DNA of 64,000 nt. Origin: an uncultured candidate division Zixibacteria bacterium. GTDB taxonomy: Bacteria > Zixibacteria > MSB-5A5 > GN15 > PGXB01. Of the stretch, positions 27,832 to 38,124 are shown in pieces. Numbering within the stretch: the first letter of the stretch is position 1; each line of letters begins with the position of its first letter. The stretch spans positions 1,088,001-1,152,000 of the forward strand of contig OY969724.1 in assembly GCA_963702205.1 (NCBI GenBank), written 5' to 3'. The translations under genes were made by a program, and so were the position numbers. The notes under the pieces are model-generated. The model saw only the letters and a list, made by a program, of their open reading frames with translations. It made no database searches and was not told the DNA's origin.

Positions 27832-28827
27832 ATGAGACATCTGGCCGTCACGCGCGGCGACTTCGCCCGGGTCAGTCTGCTTCGTTCACAGCTTCTCAAG
27901 AGCGCCCGCGACTGGTTCAACGCCAATTCGTTTCTGGAAATCCAGGTACCGCACATCACCGGCGCCACCGGTTCCTGTGAATGGTTCCCCAACGCCATCG
28001 GGGTGTCGATGTTCAACCAGTCCGGTCTGGAACTGCCGATGTTTTTGCGGCAGACCGGCCAGCTTTATCTTGAAGCCTTCACGGTCGCGCACAACCGCGT
28101 CTACACGATCGGGCCGTCGTTCCGACAGGAGCGCAAAGTGACCGACCGCCACCTGTGCGAGTTCACTCTGATCGAATTCGAGGCCCGCGATTTCGAGCTC
28201 GACGGCCTCATGGACAACATTGAATCGCTGATAAAAGCGATGTACGGCGATGTCTCCAAATCCTATGCCACCCTCGCACTGGAACGGTATGCCGATCTTC
28301 CTTTCAACCGGATTTCCTACACCCAGGCGATCAGGACGCTTCAAGATCACGGCCACAAGGTATCACACGGTGATGACCTGAGCAGTGTCGAAGAAAAAGC
28401 GCTTTGCGCTATTCTCAGCAACCTGCCGACTTTTGTCACACATTATCCGTCCGATCCCCGACCCAGAGAAGGCGGCGTAATCAAATTCTTCTCAATGAAG
28501 CGCCGCGATGGCGTCACACTTTGTTGCGACCTGTTATTGCCCGGAGTCGGCGAATCTGTCGGCGGGGCGGTGCGCGAGGGTGACACGAAAGTTTGCCGCC
28601 GTCAGTTCCGGGAATCGTACATGTACGATCATATCGTTGAGCGCGGCGTCGATCCGATGCAGTTCGACTGGTATTTCGAGACGCTGGAGCAGGCCGAAGG
28701 GCAGTCGGCCGGGTGCGGGATCGGTTTCGAGCGGGTGGTGCAGTCGGTGCTGGCCTGTGAGGACAAATATTCCAGCATCAAAGCGGCGGTGGAACTCCCC
28801 CGCTCCCCGGAATTTTTGACACCGTAG
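27832..28827 (+). CDS. Class II aaRS catalytic-domain paralog (AsnRS/AspRS-like) lacking the anticodon-binding domain
   Basis: TGQLYLEA, GPSFRQE..RHLCEF (motif 2), DLLLPGVGESVGG, GCGIGFER (motif 3); 331 aa; SD AAGGAGGT. Confidence 0.85.
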   Translation: MRHLAVTRGDFARVSLLRSQLLKSARDWFNANSFLEIQVPHITGATGSCEWFPNAIGVSMFNQSGLELPMFLRQTGQLYLEAFTVAHNRVYTIGPSFRQERKVTDRHLCEFTLIEFEARDFELDGLMDNIESLIKAMYGDVSKSYATLALERYADLPFNRISYTQAIRTLQDHGHKVSHGDDLSSVEEKALCAILSNLPTFVTHYPSDPRPREGGVIKFFSMKRRDGVTLCCDLLLPGVGESVGGAVREGDTKVCRRQFRESYMYDHIVERGVDPMQFDWYFETLEQAEGQSAGCGIGFERVVQSVLACEDKYSSIKAAVELPRSPEFLTP

Positions 28828-28836
28828 GATTTACGC

Positions 28837-28883
28837 AAAAAAAATAGGCAGGTCTGGAATCCCCCTCTGCAGACCTGCCTTTT
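28837..28883. terminator. Bidirectional terminator
   Basis: A-tract, AGGCAGGTCTG..CAGACCTGCCT, TTT. Confidence 0.8.
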
Positions 28884-28921
28884 ATGGGGAGTTAAGGAAA
28901 AAAGGTCGTACTTATGGTCCG

Positions 28922-31649
28922 TCAGCGAAAGCTCATAGCTTTAATATTTTCACCTTGGTGCGATTTTAAATCCTCCTGCTGTGCGCCCACCGGCACGGCT
29001 CTTAACGGCAGACCGCAGGTCGCAAACCATACGGGACAGCCGCACAAGTGCACCTGGTGGGTCGGGTCGTAGTAGACTTTATCTATGAGCTTAAGGATAT
29101 CGAGCAGGTTGACTGCACAATCGCAGGTCGGGTCCCCGGAACAGGTTGTATACGGCACCGGGTCCGGCCCGGATGGTGTATCATAGACAAAGGAAATGAT
29201 ATACAAAATATCCAGCAGGTTGAAAGCGCCGTCATTGTTGGCATCGCCGGGCACGCAGTTGCAGTTGGAGCCGCAGTCAACATTGGGAAAACGGTCCACG
29301 GCGCCGGCGCTTCCCTGAATAATGTACGAATCTCCCGGCTGGCCGTCAAAATCCTCCCAACAGTTGCCCTGTTCTTCGCCGTCATCCCAAAAATCGCCGA
29401 AGGCATCATCTTCCGCGTTAAGAAAATTATCGAACATGTTGTGAAAAATCGTCAGGTTGTAGACGCTGGTGCTGACTCCGCCGTAGTTTTTGACCGAAAC
29501 CCCGGTGAAATTATCTTTTATTAAATTATTCATAAGCGTCGCCGCGATATCACCGTTACCGCTGGTGGCGATGAGCACCCCGTATTCATTGCAGTTATCT
29601 ATACTGTTGCCGGTTATGACGGCCCGCACCGCCGACCCGGCATCACGGCCTTCATCCATAAGGACTATCCCGCCGCTCGCGTAGGAACCGGCGGTTTCAT
29701 TATCGTAAATGCTGTTGTCATAAATCCCGGCGATGATATCCACGTCGCCGGTTAAATTCGGGGTCGAATTTCCCACGTAAAGCCCATACTGACAAAAACT
29801 GATATTATTCGAATCGACGGTCACGTTCTTTTCGTACGGTCCCTGTCCCTGGGTGAAGGAATTCTCGATCAAAACGGCCGCCGCCACCGACTGGTCGGAA
29901 GCGTACGTGTCGAAATTATGAAAAGTATTGTGACGCACGGTGCCGCTCGCGGTCGAACCGATCTCGACCCCGTAGCCGAAATCGCTTATAATTTTGTCGA
30001 AGACGTTTCGTTCTATATGCACGTCTACAAAATCGTGAGCCACGACACCGAGGCGACCGGTATCATAAAAGTTGTTGTTCAGAATATCGATCCGGGCCCG
30101 GTCGTTTTGGTCATAACCCGGTCCGGGGGCCCGCAGGTAGCAGGTAATTTCCTGATAGCCGTTGGTGCCGTCGGGAACGCTCATGGAGTGCAGGGCGCTG
30201 CCGGAAATTTCCCCCGAAGCGTTCCAATACAAAACACCGGAGACATTATCACCCCGAATCTGATCGAAATTCATCGTCAGACGCTGCAGCTTGACGGCCG
30301 ATGAATTGACCACCCGCACGGCCGTCATGCGAGTAATGCCATAACCGCCGATATTCCACGGCAAGACCTGATTCGGATGCATGATGGCATCTTTGCTTAT
30401 ACCTGCAATCGTGATGTTGTTGCGGTTCTCCACGTTGACCGCCGCGGTATAATAACCGGTGCAGACGTTGACGGTCCCGCCGGTGACGGGAAGAAGATCG
30501 ACACCTTCCTGCATGCAGCCGGCCTGTACTCGCCTGGGGGCTGTTGTCATCGACCCACAGCGAAGAGAAATTCCCCTGAAATCCCGGAGCTCCCGAATCT
30601 GTGTCCGCGCCCGAAGCCAGCCACGGGGTATAATCCACTCCGACGCTGATCCGTGAGGCCGCGCCTCCTGAAGTAGTCGCATTAAGCCAGTTGCCGGAGG
30701 CATCGACCGTCTCCGAAAGACCGGAATTATGAAATATATGCCAGAAATTTCCCTCGAAGCTGTTGTTTTTCACGACCACGCCGACCGGATCGTGGTCGCC
30801 GAGACCCCAGTTGCTGCCCACCATGACGCCGGAGTTTTTGTAGTTCCTGCCGCCTATGGTGTACTGGTCGGCGTATGTCAGGCCGAATGACATAACGAAG
30901 TTGTTGGTTATGATCGTACTGTTCGCCCAGGTTTGGATACCGTGAATGCCGTCGCTTATTGTATTGGCCGTTACCGTCGTATAGTCCGCTCCGTCTTCGA
31001 TATATATCGAGCCCCGGTCCCAGCCCCCGTTTCCGTCGGGACCGTAATAATTGCACTGGTACAGATAATTATCGAATATGTATGTATACGTTCCGGAAAC
31101 GGCGATCCCGGCATTGGCGATATGCGCTATGTCATTGCCGGAGATTTCAATCCTGTCGGAAACACTGCCCCCGTCATATTCGGCCCGGATGCCTCCGTCG
31201 CACTCGGCGATGGAGTTGTCAGAGATGCTTATTCTCGAATCGGTTTGAACGGCGAAGGATGGTGCATTGACAATAATATTATAAATGACCGAAACGTCGG
31301 CCGCCTCTTCAATTACAATCCCGCCGCCGTCTATTTTTAAACCGTTGATCGTCGTTTCATCGGCGCCGGAATCGACGGCTATGCTTCCGGAGATGACCGC
31401 TTCGCTCCCGCGATCGAGGCTGCCATCGGGATCAATTCCGGCCATCGCTCCCAAAAGAATGACTTTGCCGGAAATGGTCGGGTTTTCCGGATACAGGCCC
31501 GTCGCCACTTGGATGGTATCTCCGTCGGCGGCAGCGTCGATGGCGCTTTGTATGGTTGTCTGATCACCGGGAACGTGTATTATGGTCGCGAATATCGAAG
31601 ATGTGAGCACGGCAAACGTAAGGACGAAAACTAAGGCTGTCGTTTTCAT
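28922..31649 (-). pseudogene. Secreted right-handed beta-helix (pectin-lyase-like) protein with C-terminal dockerin, frameshifted near 30520
   Basis: IIHVPGDQTTIQSAIDAA; Asn/Gly-rich beta-helix repeats; GDANNDGAFNLLDILYII dockerin; ORFs 30249..31649 and 28922..30703 join. Confidence 0.8.
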
Positions 31650-32027
31650 TAATATTTCCCCAGGCGAAAGCTCCCTTTAATTAATGGATGTGCTCTAATC
31701 CAGTGAAGGCAATTAATGCCGATTGAAATTTAATGACTAATGTGAGGGGAAGATTAGCCTTATTATAATGATCTGATTCCTGCGGACACCTCCGTGCAAA
31801 AATATATTATGCCGGCCTTAATTTAGGGCCGTTCACAGCCATTTCGGTGCAGATGAATCGTAAAGTTAAATCGGCTAAGAACCCGGGATCGTTTTGAGTA
31901 TGCCCCGCGTCCGACGGATGGTAATCCATCCGTTTCAATTGAAATATAAAGGAATCGGGAGTTTTGTCAAACCCTTTCTGGCCGGGAAAGGGCTAAAAAG
32001 GCGAAAATAAAGGCCCGGGGGCGCCTT

Positions 32028-34340
32028 TTACCACCAGGACCAGAATTCGACACGGATTTTTGACAGGAATTTGCGGCCCAATATGGTCAGCATCGAGGAT
32101 TTGCCGGTTTCGATTTTGGCATAACCGCTCATGCCTTCACGAAGAAGATTGTCGGCATTGTCGATAACGGCGGAAACCTCGAAGCAATATTTATCGTCGA
32201 TTTTCGTGGCCGCTTCGGGTATACGCACGACCGTCCCTTTGAAAGTCCGGTCGGGATAGGTTCGGATTTTTATCGATACGTTCTGGCCCAGTTCCACCCG
32301 GCCGATTTCAAAATCCGAAACGGGGATAAGCACTTCGACCGTGCTGTCGTCGATCACGGATAATAATGACTTTTCCGAAGGATTGCGGAAGACGACGCCT
32401 GAGATGGGGGCCGTTATAATCCTCGCGTCGCCCTGCATCTGCAGAAACTCCAGCCGGGCCCTCTGGCTTTCGATTTTCTTTTCCACGATTATTTCTTCTT
32501 CACGACGAGGCGCGGATTTGAGGACGTCCAGTGCGGAGATCGCCGTCTGCCAGTTGGCTTTGTCGATATCCATTTTGGACTGGACGTTGTCGAGTTGTTC
32601 CGATGATATCAGATTTTTATCGTAGAGCTCCTTGGCCCGGTCATAATCTTTGCGGCTTTTATCGAAGGCCGCCTTGGCCGCCTGGACTTTCGACTGCGCT
32701 TCATCAACTTCGACCTGCTTGGGCGGGGCTTTGAGAAGCATCAGTTGACCCTCAAGGCTCTGGAGTTCGGCCCGGGCGGCGATTATTTCCTGCGAAATCT
32801 GGTTCGAGGTCAGAATCGCCAGCGTGTCTCCGGGCCGGACGTCCTGTCCGTCCTGTACCAGCGGGGCCAGGTTTAAAAGCCCGAGATCGTTGGCGTTCAT
32901 CTGCATGATCGACATTTTGTCGTCCGGGCTCTTTCCACCGTAGTGCAGGCTGCTCTGAAGAGAACCGTACTGGTTCATCGACAGGTCGAACCGGGCAATC
33001 GGGTTAATATTTATCTGCCCCGAAACGCGGTTGGGAAACGGTATCGCCACGAAGACAATTATAAGGACTATCGCTATTACAATATAGCTTATCAGGCGAC
33101 CGGGTTTTTTCAAAATATCTTTCATATATCCGACGTGTGTGACCATCCCTCTTGCCAGTGAACGTAACTTATTGCGCAATATAAATAATAGCAGGAACAG
33201 CAGCAATAAAAATCCCGGACCACCCCAGCGCGAAATCATGAAGCCGCTCACGACATAGACTATTATTACGATCAAAAGCGTTGAGTAAAGCGTCGCCAGG
33301 CTTGAATATATGAGAAAAATTCTCTTTTCCCGGGCGGTTGCCGTAATGCGCTCGACCGGCCAGCCGAGGATATTTCTTTTAATGATATTGCCGAGATATT
33401 TGAACGCCCGACTGCGAAGATTGACTATTTCCAGCCAGTCGGACAATAAATAATAGCCATCAAGCTTTATCAGCGGATTGAAATTGAACAGGTAGGTCAC
33501 GAGACTGACACTGGCGATGATGCGGGCCACGTCGTTTATGAAAATCCCCGGCACCGTCACGCGCCAGACAATCACCGCAAAGGCCGTCAGGAGAAGTTGA
33601 TAAAACGGCCCGGCGAAAGTTACCGCGAGCCGCTGGGTTTTTTTCGGGAACAGCCAACTGTCGGAGACGTCGCAGTAAAAGCAGGGCTGGAGATATAAAA
33701 GTAAGAAACCCATCTCGCGGACTTCACCTCCGTAATGACGACAGACCACGGCATGAGCGAATTCATGGAAGACAATTATTATAAACAGCGAAACCACAAT
33801 GGCCGCTAACGGTCCCAGCGCGAACAGGCCGCCCGGATCGAACCAGAGGAGCGTTCGTCCGTCCTCGGAAACAATAACCCCCGCGGCCAGAATCACCAGG
33901 AAGAACATGAAAAACCAGAACGGTCGATGAAAGGGATGGTACACCTTAGACAACCGGTCGAGCAGCCTGCCCGGACGAAAGCCCTTTATTTTTAAAAAGA
34001 GTATCCGGTCGGCCATAGAACGGGGACGGAACGCCTGTTTGGCGGCGCGCGAAATTTCCTGTTCGCTGCGACCGTCGTCGAGGAAAAACATCGAGCGCAG
34101 CGTCACAGTGAATTGTACTATATTCTCACTGGTTATCTGAAGATTGAATTTCGACTGAAACTCGGCGGCGATTTCTTCCGGCGATGATTTTCCATCGAGC
34201 CGGTTGATCAGCCAGAATTCCGGAGCGCGCAGCTGGAAATAGCCTCCGGTGATCGGATCCTTTATAGTAAAGCCCACTTGCCCGTCAATTTGGGTCGGGA
34301 CAGAAATTAAATCGGAACGAAGCTTTGCGAATTGAGCCAT
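32028..34340 (-). CDS. Peptidase M50 plus HlyD/membrane-fusion protein fusion
   Basis: HEFAH, AGP, NFNPLIKLDGY; coiled coil, ITAPISGVV, LLREGMSGYAKI. Confidence 0.88.
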   Translation of the reverse strand: MAQFAKLRSDLISVPTQIDGQVGFTIKDPITGGYFQLRAPEFWLINRLDGKSSPEEIAAEFQSKFNLQITSENIVQFTVTLRSMFFLDDGRSEQEISRAAKQAFRPRSMADRILFLKIKGFRPGRLLDRLSKVYHPFHRPFWFFMFFLVILAAGVIVSEDGRTLLWFDPGGLFALGPLAAIVVSLFIIIVFHEFAHAVVCRHYGGEVREMGFLLLYLQPCFYCDVSDSWLFPKKTQRLAVTFAGPFYQLLLTAFAVIVWRVTVPGIFINDVARIIASVSLVTYLFNFNPLIKLDGYYLLSDWLEIVNLRSRAFKYLGNIIKRNILGWPVERITATAREKRIFLIYSSLATLYSTLLIVIIVYVVSGFMISRWGGPGFLLLLFLLLFILRNKLRSLARGMVTHVGYMKDILKKPGRLISYIVIAIVLIIVFVAIPFPNRVSGQININPIARFDLSMNQYGSLQSSLHYGGKSPDDKMSIMQMNANDLGLLNLAPLVQDGQDVRPGDTLAILTSNQISQEIIAARAELQSLEGQLMLLKAPPKQVEVDEAQSKVQAAKAAFDKSRKDYDRAKELYDKNLISSEQLDNVQSKMDIDKANWQTAISALDVLKSAPRREEEIIVEKKIESQRARLEFLQMQGDARIITAPISGVVFRNPSEKSLLSVIDDSTVEVLIPVSDFEIGRVELGQNVSIKIRTYPDRTFKGTVVRIPEAATKIDDKYCFEVSAVIDNADNLLREGMSGYAKIETGKSSMLTILGRKFLSKIRVEFWSWW

Positions 34341-34652
34341 ACGATCAAGTTACAATATCGCCTGACTTCAATCAAGACAGCATTTTAAATACAGGACAAT
34401 TATTCTCCTGAAATGACAAAAAATGTCATTCACACGATTTTGTCCTTGACAATTTTCGCCAATATGTGATGTTGCATTTATAACTGTAAGCGGAAAGAAA
34501 TATAAAGTCATAAATCAAACGGGCATTTGATTCAAGTTTAATTTCAACACAAAGTCAGACGCGGACTTTCCGCGAGTTTTGATCCGGAACGGTAAGCGAT
34601 TATAAATAAATTAGATAAGGCAGCACGTAGATTCTGGGGAGAAGGGCGAAAT

Positions 34653-35837
34653 ATGTGTCCCTCCGACTCTGTCAGCGGCGGTACTTTCGGGCCGGATATT
34701 GAATTCGATGCGATAGGTACTCTTTTCCGCATAGCCGGTGAAGCACCCTGTATGGAAGATTTCATCGGCGGCCTCCCCGATCATTTCAAAAAATATTCCG
34801 GTTGTGAACATATCGGTATTAGAATGCAGAGCGGAGATGACTATCCATACGTGGCCCATACGGGTTTATCGCAAAAATTCCTCGATGATGAAGACGGGAC
34901 TTTTTTGTCACAAACGGGCGACGGTTATCCCCACGGTTTAAGCTGTTTGTGCGGCGATATCATCGACGGCCGCTTCGATTCCACGCAGCCGTACTATACC
35001 GAAAGAGGCAGCTTCTGGACCAACAATTTGAGCCGGTTGTTGGCGGAAACCTCGGACAACGAGCTTAAAACGGATACACGGTGCCTGCATAAGGACGAAT
35101 GGTTCGAGTCGGTCGCGTTTATACCGATTACCGGCACGGACGACAACGTCGGTGTGATTCAACTGCTCGAAAAAAGACCCGGCTTTTTTGGCCCCGACCT
35201 AATCGCTTTTTTAGAGCGTCAGGCCCATTATATTTCTGAAATTGTCCGGCTGTTGTACTATCCCGATTCGGTTTCTTACAGGCAATTACTGACCGACCTG
35301 TTCGATGCGATACCGGGTGTCGCCTTTGCGCTGAATACCGGGGGCCGTATTGTACTTACCAACGAGTCTGCCAGATCCCTTATGTTGGACGGCGAGACGT
35401 TTCCGGGCAAATTTACCGTCAGCGATATTAAGCCGGTCCGGGCGTCCCGGCAAATCGACAATATGCTTGGTTTTGTGATTAACAGCCTCACGCAGGTGAG
35501 ATTCGTTTTAAACACGAATGCCGGTCCGGTCGATTGCGCTATGGTCCCCGTTCTCAATCCCAAAGGACATCCTACCGTGCTGGCGGTATTCGGACAGGTG
35601 CTTTCGGACCGTGCCCGCGAAATCGAAAATGCCGACAGAAATGGAAAGAATCATAATCTGGACCTGCTGGAAGGCTATATCCCGATATGTTCGTCGTGCC
35701 GGAAAATTCGTGATAACGAAGGCGATTGGCACGAACTGGAAAATTATATACGGTTTAAAACCGTCGCCGAATTTTCTCATTGTATCTGTCCCGACTGCGC
35801 CGACAGGCTCTATCCCGGTTTGTTTGACCGCGACTGA
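34653..35837 (+). CDS. GAF/PAS sensor protein with a C-terminal Cys4 domain
   Basis: CLCG..TERGSFWTN..ESVAFIPI GAF; IPICSSCRKIRD..FSHCICPDC. Confidence 0.8.
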   Translation: MCPSDSVSGGTFGPDIEFDAIGTLFRIAGEAPCMEDFIGGLPDHFKKYSGCEHIGIRMQSGDDYPYVAHTGLSQKFLDDEDGTFLSQTGDGYPHGLSCLCGDIIDGRFDSTQPYYTERGSFWTNNLSRLLAETSDNELKTDTRCLHKDEWFESVAFIPITGTDDNVGVIQLLEKRPGFFGPDLIAFLERQAHYISEIVRLLYYPDSVSYRQLLTDLFDAIPGVAFALNTGGRIVLTNESARSLMLDGETFPGKFTVSDIKPVRASRQIDNMLGFVINSLTQVRFVLNTNAGPVDCAMVPVLNPKGHPTVLAVFGQVLSDRAREIENADRNGKNHNLDLLEGYIPICSSCRKIRDNEGDWHELENYIRFKTVAEFSHCICPDCADRLYPGLFDRD

Positions 35838-35921
35838 TGACCTTTTCCGTAAATTCGCTAAAATTAAATCAACTTTGTCTTTTTATTGACGTCTATAATT
35901 CAAAACCGACTATATATTAAT

Positions 35922-36638
35922 ATGCCAACTGATTTTATAAATACATCCGAATTATGCCGTCATTATCATCGCGGTCAGCACGTAATCAAAGCGGTCGACA
36001 GCATCAATCTCGGTATCGGCAAAGGCGACTTTCTGGCCGTAGTCGGGGCGTCCGGTTCCGGCAAATCGACTCTTTTAAATTTGTTGGCCGGGCTCGATTC
36101 GCCGACTTCGGGGACGATAAACTACGCGGGGAAAAATCTGTCGGCCATGTCCGGCAAGGAACTCTCGGCCTACCGGGCGGCGAGAGTCGGCATGATATTT
36201 CAATCGTTCAACCTGCTGCCGTATCAGACCGCTCATAAAAATGTCGAACTGGCTCTGTATTTTCAGGACGTGCCGAGGCGCGATCGGTTGCAGAAAACCA
36301 CGGCCATACTGGAACGACTCGGCCTTGAGGACCGCATGGACCACCGACCGGGCGACCTGTCCGGCGGCGAACAGCAGCGGGTGGCGATTGCGAGGGCGCT
36401 GGTGAAAAGTCCGGAAATTCTTTTTGCCGATGAACCGACCGGCAACCTCGATCGTGAAAATTCCGATATCATCGCCAACCTTCTGGCCGAATTCAACCGG
36501 GACGGGTTGACGGTTATACTGGTGACGCACGACCTGGATCTGGCGCGGCGCTGCACCCGGCGCATTTTGCGTATGCACTATGGCCGGATTATAGAAGATT
36601 CGGCTGAACCTGCGGAGCGCGGCAATGAAATTTCGTGA
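35922..36638 (+). CDS. ABC ATP-binding protein (LolD/MacB type)
   Basis: GASGSGKS, LSGGEQQRVAIARAL, ADEPTGNLD. Confidence 0.95.
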   Translation: MPTDFINTSELCRHYHRGQHVIKAVDSINLGIGKGDFLAVVGASGSGKSTLLNLLAGLDSPTSGTINYAGKNLSAMSGKELSAYRAARVGMIFQSFNLLPYQTAHKNVELALYFQDVPRRDRLQKTTAILERLGLEDRMDHRPGDLSGGEQQRVAIARALVKSPEILFADEPTGNLDRENSDIIANLLAEFNRDGLTVILVTHDLDLARRCTRRILRMHYGRIIEDSAEPAERGNEIS

Positions 36639-38094
36639 TCTTCTGGAGCTTTCCGTCGGCAATCTCTGGCGGACAAAAATCAGGGCGGTGCTGACGACGG
36701 CGGGTGTGGTCATCGCCATCGCCACTTTCGTGGCCATGCTTTCGTTCGGGGCGGGCAATCAGAAGATGATCACCGATACCTACAACGAACTCGGCCTCTT
36801 TACCAATATGAAGGTCTATCCCAAAAGCGATACCAATGATGCCGACACCGTCAAACCGGTGCCGCTCGATAAAGACGCTATCGCCGGACTTTCGGCCATC
36901 CCCGGGGTGCTGGCGGTGTACCCCTACGTTTCTTTCAAAGTTACCGTCGCCGTGGCCGACACCCAGTTCAACACCGAGGCCCGGGCTCTGTCGCAGACTG
37001 CCATCAAGACCAAATTGTATAAGGCATTGTTGGGCGGGCACGAGTTTTCATCCGATTCGGCCAGCGAGGCGATTTTGAGCTTTGATTTTGTGCATTCTCT
37101 GAAACTTGCTGATCCCGACACCCTGATCGGACAGAATCTTGTCATGACGACCAAAGCTTTCAGCCTGGACAGTGCTTTTTTGAACATCATCGACGACAAA
37201 AAATCAAAAATATGGGACCAGCTGCACGATATAGAATTCGATTCGCTCTTCAATCGGGATTATCGCGACCGCATCCTGCGTCAGGAAATAAACGAGGCCC
37301 TGCGGCGGTTCGTGCAGGGGCTGTCCAATCGACAGCGGACTCTGGTCGATACATTGAAAATAGTCGGGATCGGTGAGGACGTCGGTAATCACCAGATTCG
37401 CACCTCGCCGGTCATCATCCCGGAACACCTGGCCCGTAAACTGAGCGCCGGTGGTTATGGCTACGGAAACGATCTGACCGATATTATCCCGGCCATACAG
37501 GAAGGCCGTCTGTTTATCCAGGGGAGCATCGACGAAACCCGCCACTATCCCCGCGTCACGCTCGACCTCGATCCTTATACGCCGTACAAAAGTGTCAAAG
37601 ATTCGGTGGAAGCGCTCGGATTCAGGGCGTTCAGCTTTGCCGAGCAGTTCGAGCAGATACAAAAATTCTTCATATATTTTCACCTCGCCCTGGCGACAAT
37701 CGGGCTGATCGCGCTGGTGACCGCATCGCTCGGTATCGCCAATACCCTGATTATGTCTATCATAGAACGACGCCGTGAAATCGGCGTGATCCGGTCGCTC
37801 GGGGCCGACATTTCCGACATTCGCGTGCTATTTCTGGCGGAGTCGGCGGTGATCGGTGCGGCCGGTTCGGTTCTCGGGATACTCTTCGGCTGGCTGGCCA
37901 CACGATTGGTGGCGTTTGTGGGCCGGATAATTCTCGAACGGCAGGACATGCCGTTTTATGATCCGTTCGCCCTGCCGCTCTGGCTGATTCTGATCGCGTT
38001 TGTTTTCGGGGTGCTGGTCAGTCTGCTGGCCGGATTTTATCCGGCCTCGAAAGCGGCCAAAGTCGACCCGGTGGAAGCTCTTCGAGCCGAGTAA
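36625..38094 (+). CDS. MacB/FtsX-type ABC permease
   Basis: ERRREIGVIRSLGA, YPASKAAKVDPVEALR. Confidence 0.93.
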   Translation: MKFRDLLELSVGNLWRTKIRAVLTTAGVVIAIATFVAMLSFGAGNQKMITDTYNELGLFTNMKVYPKSDTNDADTVKPVPLDKDAIAGLSAIPGVLAVYPYVSFKVTVAVADTQFNTEARALSQTAIKTKLYKALLGGHEFSSDSASEAILSFDFVHSLKLADPDTLIGQNLVMTTKAFSLDSAFLNIIDDKKSKIWDQLHDIEFDSLFNRDYRDRILRQEINEALRRFVQGLSNRQRTLVDTLKIVGIGEDVGNHQIRTSPVIIPEHLARKLSAGGYGYGNDLTDIIPAIQEGRLFIQGSIDETRHYPRVTLDLDPYTPYKSVKDSVEALGFRAFSFAEQFEQIQKFFIYFHLALATIGLIALVTASLGIANTLIMSIIERRREIGVIRSLGADISDIRVLFLAESAVIGAAGSVLGILFGWLATRLVAFVGRIILERQDMPFYDPFALPLWLILIAFVFGVLVSLLAGFYPASKAAKVDPVEALRAE

Positions 38095-38124
38095 CGATAT
38101 TCATTGCAGAGATTAGATAGACTC

